The position numbers were made by a program, and so were the translations under genes. Below the pieces are notes generated by a model. It saw only the letters and a program-made list of their open reading frames with translations, was not told where the DNA came from and searched no databases. A stretch of 61,021 nt of DNA, from NCBI RefSeq assembly GCF_003704095.1, contig NW_020845440.1, forward strand, positions 1 to 61,021. The letters run 5' to 3'. The DNA is from Pocillopora damicornis. Lineage: Eukaryota. Positions 51,901 to 61,021 of this stretch are shown here, in pieces. Position 1 is the stretch's first letter; each line of letters starts with the position of its first letter.

Positions 51901-53279
51901 ATCGTTGTCTCTCTTTTAAAAGTATAGTACGTCAGTCGGCAAATTTGTGTGTAAACAAATAACAACATAAACAACACAGACTGAATATCGAGCCACGTTG
52001 CAGATTTAGCGGTGTTTATTATTGAAGAAATGTAAGATGGTTTCCGTGTTTACATAGCCTGATGTAAACACGTGGAAGGTTGGGAGAACACGAGATAAGC
52101 GTAGGAAACCACGACGCGAAGCGGAGTGGTTTCCAGCTTATCGAGTGCATGTTCTCCCAACCTCCCAAGTGTTTACATCAGGCTATGTAAACACGGAAAC
52201 CATTTTACATTTCTTTTATAAAATAACTAATGAAAGAGGAACGAAAACCGTGTTTACATACACTCATGTAAGATGGTTTTATGGCCAATTAGAGCGCGCG
52301 TACTATTTGAATTATTTTATTAAAAAAATTGCTCTTGCTTCCAATCTTTGAAATGTGATGGTCAGTAAGAGAAAATCTCACTATATATGAAATAAAAACA
52401 GCATTCTATGGAAAGTGCTTAAACGTTTTTTATTCACAATTTGCGATGCTTCAGAAACCTTACTCGTTCGCGGCGTTCACTCGTTCATTTTTTTGACCCA
52501 TCGCAATTCGTGAATAAAAATCGATCGTGCGCACCTTCCATAGAATAATCTTTATACAAACAATCTGTCCAAAGCGCGGGAAAACGTGGGTCGCGATAAG
52601 TTGTTCATTTTGCCACTTCTTGGTCGAGAGGGTAGGGTGAAGTTTCTGGATCAATGGCGGAGCAAACAAAACCACAACTTCCCTAAACCTCTTACTTACC
52701 CCAAATAGACTCCACTATCGGGTGACTCACATCTAATAGTTCTGTTGCTCGGCTGGCGGGAACCATTCGGTATCCTTCTATGTTTCTTCTACCAGTCAAT
52801 CTGCAGCATAGCACGTTTGATCCATACAGCTTTCCACCTCTGATTTGCTCCCAATCCAAGTTAATTTCTGAATTGAAATTCTGATCCACCTCATGTAGCT
52901 CTCTAATGACAGGGTCCATGAGTTTATTAAAAACATCATAACATTCTTCATCTCCCGCTAGCAGCCCCGCGGGGTTTCCAGCGAGTGAGCTGGGGCCAAC
53001 TGAACCTAGACCCGACTCGATCAGTTGCTCTATATCATAATTTTTAGTTGTGCCCCTGTCTTTCAACTTGGAGAATAAGTCTGGTGTAAGATACTTTGCC
53101 ATAATAGTTATGTTGTTTGTGAGGTCCGGAAAGCTACTCATGCGGCGCTTTTTCCTTGGATAGTTTGGATGGTGACTGCTTAGAGTAAAGAAAGCTGTCA
53201 CACTTACTGCTACACAAACCCCAATCACAGCATAAGGATTGCCTAAAAGATCTCTAAACTTTTGAAGAGTAAAAGCCAT
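48933..53279 (-). CDS. creatine-kinase-like (ATP:guanido phosphotransferase fold) protein with N-terminal hydrophobic segment; likely pseudoenzyme
   Basis: GT-AG exons 53279-52700, 51108-50720, 50462-50408, 49754-49693 and 49031-48933 join in frame (394 aa). CK-like motifs: FPDL...MAKYLTP, AGDEECYDVF, RDWPHGR, NFEDHL, FMW...GYLTSSPRNIGTGL, and the C-terminus TEVDILQQVINSVTLLVEIDKRIDRGENIRDLLP. Confidence 0.92.
49360..49535 (+). mobile_element. tRNA-derived SINE-like repeat (intron of the CK-like gene)
   Basis: A-box-like tggcttagtgg and B-box-like ggttcgatacc, followed by a non-tRNA body shared with 24115-24212. Confidence 0.8.
52025..52215. repeat. long imperfect palindrome (foldback/MITE-like core)
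   Basis: aagaaatgtaagatggtttccgtgtttacatagcctgatgtaaacac... pairs with ...gtgtttacatcaggctatgtaaacacggaaaccattttacatttctt. The loop is near cgacgcgaagcgg. Confidence 0.92.
52403..52546. repeat. second imperfect palindrome (MITE-like)
   Basis: attctatggaaagtgc...ttttattcacaatttgcgatg pairs with catcgcaattcgtgaataaaaa...gcaccttccatagaat. Confidence 0.8.
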
Positions 53280-54844
53280 TATTTAGTTTCCTATATCGTC
53301 TACTAAAATCGATCGTTTGAAGCTCGACACTCAAGACGTCACAATTAGGGCATGACATCACGTGTGACGAAACAAAATTACATCCGTCATAATTGCTCAG
53401 TATGAAATACACTTTCATCTCGGTTTTTCGCAGTTAGAGTCATGTCTGATTTAGTTTCACATATTAATTCATAAAAAGGTCCCAAATGCATCGTAATTTT
53501 TGCGTAAAATCACAACGAAGTCTATTGGATTAAAGGGGTGTACGTTAACTAATCACATGCTCTCTTGACTAATACGCGCGCCTGGTGTTGGAATAAACTG
53601 GGTCCTAATTAGAACAGTGTTAGCCATGTTAGTTCAGGCTGGTGTCCTCGCACATCTCGCTTATCAGAGCTAGCTATGTGACTGTCTCGATCTCCGGACA
53701 ATAGGATACATTCACGGAAGTAATGGTGAGTGTAATTCTTGTAGATATTTATTACAGTGACCCGGAGGTCAAGAGATTAGAGTGAATACAAGTGATAAAG
53801 AAACTGTTTACTCTTCCATTTTTGCAACTTAATTTAAGTGAGTCCTAGATTAAGCTAGTAAGATATACTGTGGGTTACGCAAATATTTAAAATGTTTTTA
53901 TATGTATGGTTCCTAATTCAATCATGGGACCGAGGCGACTGATGCTCACCATAAACAAAGAAACAAAGTTCAAGGAGACACAGAAATGTAGCAAGAATAA
54001 CAGTGTCGCACTCGGCTGCAGCCCGTGTACCACTTTCTTTTTCCTACCGCACTTTGAAGTCATCTTTGATTCAAAACCGAATAGACGCACGGAAATATGG
54101 ATTGTATTTGTGAAATAGAGCTTAAATAGTGGTCTTTCGTTAGTGTAAGGCCAAAAAATGATATGGCCTGTGTCGCCCCTTGAACATTTGTAGTGAAAAA
54201 CAGTATTAAAAAATCACTGTATGAGGACCATGTGAGATGGAACACGCAAGGTTGAAGAGAGATGCATACCGCATACCGTTCTAGAAAAGGAAGAAAAAGA
54301 AAGAGTGGTAGTCATATGACTAAGTACTTTGTGACTGAGGTTTGCAGAGGCTAGATGTGAAAATGTTTGGCTCTTGCTGGTCATGACATATTTACCTCAC
54401 TTTGCTCAGTTAATTGGCATGCCATGAAAGGGAGCAAAATATTACCTTGTGTGGCCCTTCCATTAAGTTGAGAAAACTTCTACATCCCCCTCCCCCATGG
54501 GCTTTTAAAATTTTGATATTAGTTCGTTCAGATTCCTGTCTCCTGGCTCACTTAAGTGCGGGATTTCATTTGTAGAAGGCACAACTAGTGATGGTGACTT
54601 TCTTGTTGAACTTTTTTCTTCTAGGCCATCTATTTTCTTAAGTGAAATTTTTACCTTTAATTACACCACTATTACTAAAGATAAAACACGTTTATTTGGC
54701 TGGAAAGACTTGACAGTTTTAGTTCAAATTCCCCACCCCACCAGGATAAAATTCAAATTTCCACCTTAGGCATGGACAAGAGTCAATGCCCATGGGGGGA
54801 GGTGAAGTTGAAGCTTAGAAATTGACTGCCGCATATGTGATTCA

Positions 54845-54968
54845 TACATTATGTATATCTCATATTTAAGGCTCAATAAAAATTAAGTCATCTCTTACCA
54901 TCTGTACATTATGTACCCCATATGTAAGGCTTAGTAAGAATTAAGTCATCTCTGACCATCTGTACATT
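54845..54968 (+). repeat. approx. 58-60 bp tandem duplication
   Basis: tacattatgta...taaggct...aattaagtcatctct(t/g)accatctg twice, followed by tacatt. Confidence 0.85.
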
Positions 54969-55070
54969 GTATATTAACTCACCAACTAACAAGCTCCAAA
55001 AGATTTTGACAATTACACCCATGTTAATTTCCTAGTTTCAGTGTTTCAATGTTTTTCTTCAACTGTTCAC

Positions 55071-55488
55071 TTAACCCTTTACACCCTAAAATCAGTATGT
55101 ATATTCTCCAAACTGTTCTCTATACATTTCCTATGATGCTGAAAAGGAGAATTTGTGTAACAATCAAGAGCTTCTTAAGTTGGTGATTGTTTCCTTTTTA
55201 TCTTGATATTAACCTTTAGCTCCTGAGAGTTAATTTTTGAGTCTCCCCTCAAGTTGCTAGAAATTTCTTTGTAAATTAGTATCCAGAATTTGGTGTTAGA
55301 TTAAGATAACAACTTTGAACTGATAAGTTTGAGTTTTCCTTTGACCTGTTTGTTGGTTGAGGTGAGGATATTATAGAGAGAAGTAATATGTTAATCACTT
55401 CTGGGAGTTAAAGGGTTAATGCTTTATTCAGGGGTGATTTTATAGCGAGAAGTTAGATGGTAGACACTCTCAGAGGTTACAGGGTTAA
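55071..55488. mobile_element. subfamily C MITE interrupted by a nested subfamily B MITE (55209-55419)
   Basis: Outer ends are ttaaccctttacacc and ggttacagggttaa. The inner element is bounded by TTAA at 55209-55212 and 55416-55419. Confidence 0.85.
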
Positions 55489-55951
55489 CTTGAAAATCTT
55501 TGAAATTTCCCATTGCATTGTGTGGATCTCATTTGAAAGGTATGCCTTGCTAGTCTATCCATTTCATTAAAAGGGTAAGGAAGCAGTGCTTTGAAGATGG
55601 CCTTCCTTTGAAAGACCATAAAATTTTATGTGAGTATTTGAACAATACCAAATTACTTCTTAGTATACTAACTGATCGGTGCTTCTAACAAGATAGATAG
55701 CAAATTTGTTATGTAAGAGTTAAGCTCAAAGTGGGTGGGTCTAAGTGCTGCCAAAGACACATCCTGCTTATTCTTTTGCTTCATTTGTTTGGTTACATTG
55801 TGGTTTCATTTTTTATTGTATTGATTGTTATTTCTTTGGTTTTTGTCTAGGTAGTACCTGATATAATGTAATGGGTTTGAGACAGTGAAATAAGATTTAA
55901 ACCACAAGTCAGAGATTAAACCACTGCAGTTATATAAGATTCCCATCCCCA

Positions 55952-56163
55952 TTGACCTTTTCATTCCCACAAGTTACCAAGACAGAATTTCTCCTTACAA
56001 TATCAATACAATATCAAGCAGGTAGGTGATGAGAATAGAGAAAAATATCAATTATGGGATTATTAGTTGATCCAATACCAAATTCTCTGAACTAACATCA
56101 TACAAATTGTATAGCAGATAGTAAGGAGAATTATTGATTAGATCTTGGGAGTGAAAGGGTTAA
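55952..56163. mobile_element. TTAA MITE subfamily A
   Basis: Body accaagacagaatttctcctt.caatatcaatacaatatcaag...gatcttgggagtgaaagggttaa matches 4602-4813. Confidence 0.85.
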
Positions 56164-58187
56164 GAAGATTCATCTCTGTATACTCTGTCTGCTAACTTAA
56201 TAGGGTGGAATAACTTAATTTATTAATGTCCAATGTCACAACAGAGTGCATTTCATTTAGGGGGTCATCAGTGGTAGCTAAAGCACAAAATGCTTTTGAA
56301 ATGTTCACAAACTAAGGCTGATTTATTAAATACAAAAACATATAATTCAGTCATCTGTCTCAAGAGAAACACTTCCTGATGAATCTTAGAAACATTAGAA
56401 AGATCATAGTGTACATTATCATAGACAACTGTCATATTGTTTGATAATATGGTTCCTCACTGTAGCATACACTGTAGCATGCACTACAGACATCTTATAA
56501 GGTTGAACTAACATGATAAGCTCATGATTGTTTATCCAGCCAACCATGTTTGATTTGGAATTAGAGTGGACGGTGGGAGTAGGGGACAGGGGAAGGGTGA
56601 GACTGTCCCCTTGGTCAAATTTTTTTCTTTCCCCAGCCTTCCACTACCATTTAAATAAAGGATGGCAGCCATAATTTTTTTTAAGAAAATACCCAGCACT
56701 TGCTTGCCAAAATTACGCCTGCTCTGCAGGCTAATATTGTATCAGTGTAAGTATAAAGAAATCTGTAAGGTCTAATCTATCAGCTAAGTTTGTGCCTAAG
56801 CATAAGACTCATTCTGTGAGAACCAGGTTGATTATACGTAACCTTACTTTTGTAAATTTCAGCAATCAACTGAATCAATAACTCTTTTCATTTTGGTCTC
56901 CAGGTTTCCAGGAAGGCCATTTCTAAGGTACTGTACTAATTTCTAGATATTTTAGGAATCAGCAGTAAGTGTAACTATAAGCAAAAGTGTAAGTTTCTCT
57001 AACTTGTAACCATAACATCTTTACAGCCTGTAAAGTTTTTAGAAAAATACAAAACCAATGTATCACCATCTATACTTAGATAAATACACCCCACGCCTGG
57101 AAAAATTATTAACATGAGACACAGAAATTTTAAATTAAAGATAATTATATCATAGTAACTCTAAATATCACTGATGTTTTTTTTAGAGAATACCATCAAA
57201 CACATCCTACAAAATTTGGAAATTACAGCCTTCCTCAAAATTATAGATTGAAATAGATAAAGAGGAACAGTAGCTTACAACAGCAGTGGCTGGCCAAAAC
57301 TTCAAGTCTTTTCTTTGGGATTATAAGACTTTATATTAGTAATTTTAAGTGCAAGAAAATGAGTGTACATGTGTAACAGGCGAAATTATTACTATGATAT
57401 GATTCATTTTTATTTTACTTGTTTATCATCACTCCACTATAAGTTCAGTTTAAGATTTTGATACTGTGAATATGTCTCCTCACCATAGTTCTTTCTGTTG
57501 AAATTTTGAAAAAATTTGAACTTAGTTTATACCTGACAGCATGTTACTAACTTAATAAACACAAATTTATGTCAAGAGATGTGTAAATCTCATATTATAA
57601 TGACTTGTAACATTAATAGTGTATTATCTCCCTAACTGGAAATACCAGTTCAGCATACAGTTCTGGCTCTTCACAAAAGCCAACCAATTTTGTCTGCTTC
57701 AGGGAATCTCCATTCTGCCTGGAAACTAACAAAGACAAAACTGATTGAGTTAATATGTAATATTTGCTGCATGAGTAGACACAAATTGTTTGGGCAAAGT
57801 CATATAAACTCTGACAATCTTTGTTTTAAAGCAGTACCGTTTCCTGGTTTTGAGTGGTAACCTACGGTTAAGGAGTTTTTCTCAGTCAGGATAAACTCTT
57901 AGGAAAAATTGAACACTTAAGAGTCCAAAATCCCTAGTTGTATTGTAATCTTAATGTAGAGGGTGCATATGAGAGATAAGATGTAAATTTCATTCTTAAG
58001 ATTTAGATCTAGACATATTTGTTATTTTGTGTTTGAGTTAATATCAGTGATATCTACATTGACTCAGTAGAAAGGAAAGTGGATCACATGTCTGTTGTCT
58101 GGGTTTCCTCGTTGGTAGCATGGTTTAGTAAACTTAGTGGTAGAGAGTTTGGCTATTTACCTTTTCAAGTTAAGGTAACTCATTCAG

Positions 58188-61021
58188 CTATGGTATTATC
58201 CAGTCCTTCAGCTCATCTTCAAAACTTTTGTTGACACAGTACAAAAAGGCAGTCTTATCTACTTGACGGCCAGGCATGATATTGAACACATGTCGTCGGT
58301 AATGACGATCTGGTGTGTGCATGTAGTTGTCTAGGTAACCAGGGCATTCGGTGGAGGGGCACGCAGGTCCACAGTGAAACTTTACAAAGGGGAAACTCCT
58401 CTTGCAAATCCCCTCTACCATGGAGTACACTTCGCACAAGACATCAGAAGGCTTCTTTCCACGACTATTGCTGGAAAGTAATGGAATATGTTGTTTTACG
58501 TTAGTGGAGAAAAGGTTTAGAAAAAAATTTGCAACTTTGTTGCAAGCTGGCACATTACCAACCTGGCCATAAGAATTTTCACTTAAGCCAAGTCACTTGC
58601 GTAATGACTATTTTCAAGGCTACAAGTCATTTAGTATAAAGAAGATTCTGGTTAGAGAAACTCAGAAACACACACACGATCCCCGAGCAAAACTATGTAC
58701 ATTCTCGCAAACAACCCACAGTATCATTTCTGTTAGCCACCAAACATTATGAAAAGTCTAAGTCCCCTAAGTTTTTGAGGAAAGGGTGTACAACTACCTG
58801 GTACTGAATGTAACTTCAATAACACCCTCTTTCTTCATCAGCTTAAGCCTGTAGGGCTGCCGAGAACTCATCCAGAACTTTCCAACATCTCTGAACACAA
58901 CAGTTGCACCATTGGCAAACTCCACCTTACTTTTCTTGTGGGCACGAGACAACAGGCGATGGAACAAGGGTTCTGGTAGGAACCTCTCGAAAAACACCAA
59001 GAACTTTTTATCTCTCTTGTCATCATACCATGCTGGGTTGCATACATCTTGAGACTTCGGTAACAAGGATGGAACAAAGTGAGTTGGCTGGAGCCTCTCT
59101 TTGTCTCGTAAGGTAACAATTTTGACTTTGGTGTTGGTTAATGGGCAGATCAAATCGTACTTTTCAAGAAATGCACTCATGGCTTCTTCATTTTCCTTTA
59201 CGTTGGAAATGATGCTGATTAGGAGTGGTTTTGTTAGCAGTCCCTTTTCCTGGAGAAGTCTCCAGTCACTCCTCAATCCTCTCGTCTGGGTCATTTGAGG
59301 GGATGACGTGACCAGCTTGGTAATGATATCCACCAGAATTTCTGGTTTGAGTAGAACCCAGTCGGACAGGTCTTTATCTTTGGCAATGTATATTATCAGG
59401 CCTTGTTCGTGGAAGTACTTCAAGGTTTCTTCAGACCGGTTGGTGTGAATTATGTTACCAAATGCCCATGGAAACTCTCTCAGTGTGACACAGTATCTGG
59501 CAACCTTCCTTTACCTTAACTGGATGATCGCATCTTGTATTCTTATCCATGACAAAGGAATTTTGTCATCTGTAGTTGGCTTGCATTCCTCAGCAGCAGC
59601 CATGATTTTGATTCGAAGCATTTGAACTCCAACATCATTATCCCCCTTTGAGTTCTCAACTGGAAAGAAGATCAGATCTTCATCTTCGTTAACAACCAGC
59701 TCATCACAGTAGGATGTCCAAAGAATTTGTTTTAACTTGCTATTAAAGTTTTGCATGTGGTTCTTGTCTATGTGTTCACAATGTGTTCCAACAAGGAAGA
59801 TTGGTGTTTTTGGTTGTACATGACCACAGACAGACTCAAACCAAACGAGAAGCCTCTCGGCCTTTAAATTCTGAAATTCCTCTAGTGCAAAATCAGACAT
59901 GTTGAATACAACGACATAAACAGCCTGGTTCTTTAGAAACATGTGATGATAAGCATAATATTCTTCGTCACCTGCAAAATCCAGGATCTTCATTTTCAGA
60001 AAGGGATATTTCTTGTTCAGCGCAGTTTGTATCATTTTTGTGTTGATTTCACCGTTTCCAATAAGCGCAATTGTCATGAAACTGTTAAAGGGGTTCACAA
60101 ATTGTGTTTTACTGCCGTCTGAATTGCTGCAAAACAATTCCTGGTAGAAGGTTAAGCCCACGTATGCAGGAAATGTTATGATAAAAAAATAAATTGCTAT
60201 ACGTGGTGTAGTATGAGCTTGATATGCTACTTTTATGTGATAATAGGTCCAAACGATCAACAGTGCTATTTGAGGTACTGATCCCAGTGATCTGTCCTTT
60301 TTAATAGCTGATTTAGTAACATTTCTGACGTAGTTTGTGTCCAAAATGATAAGTGGGAAGTCAACCACGAAAATTGCAAAAATACTAGTGATAATTCTGT
60401 CATTACTTCGGGTACAGGCTGTGAGCTTCGCTAAAGTTTCCGCATCTTTAATTTCATGACTAGGTGACGCTACTGAAAGTTCTATAGATGCATGCTCCCA
60501 GAAACAGAGTCCTTCTAGTCTCCAGAAGGACCTTGCAACAATAAAGCCAGAAATTAATCCGATCAAGATTGATAAAGGTAACCGACAAAAACATAGGAAC
60601 TTCATCAAGGTTTGATTCCTGATCAGTCGACCTGTAACACAGGGTAGTCGTTGCGGTCCGATGAAAAGGAACAAGGTAACGAATGCAGTACCTGCAACTG
60701 TGCTCAACATGAGAAATTCGCGAGTACTTGCAAACTCTAAGTAACTGTTGTTAAAGGGACATATCATTATAGCCGAATATAACCCAATCAATAACCCTCG
60801 GCGGTTCAAGATGAAAGCCACAGTAGTGAGTGTCAATCTGATGTCATGACTCTCGAAGAAATTCACACAAATCGGAAACATAAGATAACCATGATAAATG
60901 TAGTAAAATAAGAGGTATTTCACAGGATATCTGTATATTGTCCCAATGACGAATAAAAGTGTTATTACAATTCCACAGAAATACAAATAAAGCCGCAGAA
61001 GACTTGTTGTCATCATGAACT
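58188..61021 (-). CDS. ROCO-family protein, 5'-partial: multi-pass hydrophobic region, Roc G3-G5 and COR; one in-frame TAA at 59511-59513
   Basis: Roc motifs ILDFAGDEEYYAYHHMFL...VYVVVFN, WFESV, PIFLVGTH and FFPVEN. COR motifs IPLSWIRIQ, LKYFHEQGLIIY, WVLLKPEILVDIITKLV, HFVPSLL and FLPEPLFHRLL. The long exon runs to a donor at 58798, and the last exon is 58470-58188 (Cys/His-rich). Confidence 0.85.

Noticed and set aside
60035-60080. IALIGNGEINTK as the Roc P-loop
   Set aside because: It lacks GK(S/T) and is only about 20 residues from DFAG; at best a chance or degenerate resemblance.

Overview
AT-rich, intron-containing animal genomic DNA with four N gaps. The repeat families and gene style suggest a cnidarian, probably a stony coral (inference). 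Genes, left to right: WWOX (exons 1-8 on the minus strand, while a WWOX-type last exon lies on the plus strand beyond two gaps); an orphan terminal exon; MAF1; a single-exon class A GPCR plus a decayed inverted paralog; a CIB2/3-like EF-hand gene; a single-exon large-Maf-like bZIP; two convergent intronless STK35/PDIK1L-like kinases; two orphan ORFs (one rich in RRxS motifs); a creatine-kinase-fold gene with an N-terminal hydrophobic anchor and most catalytic residues replaced; and the 3' part of a Roc-COR (ROCO) gene whose G3-G5 motifs follow about 7-8 hydrophobic helices and which has one in-frame stop. Repeats include TTAA-flanked MITEs (one nested), tRNA-derived SINEs, a structured RTE-like remnant and long palindromes. 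The best candidates for undescribed biology are the polytopic-membrane Roc-COR protein and the membrane-anchored pseudo-creatine kinase. Exon boundaries and alignments were read by eye, and reference sequences and residue numbers are recalled rather than searched.
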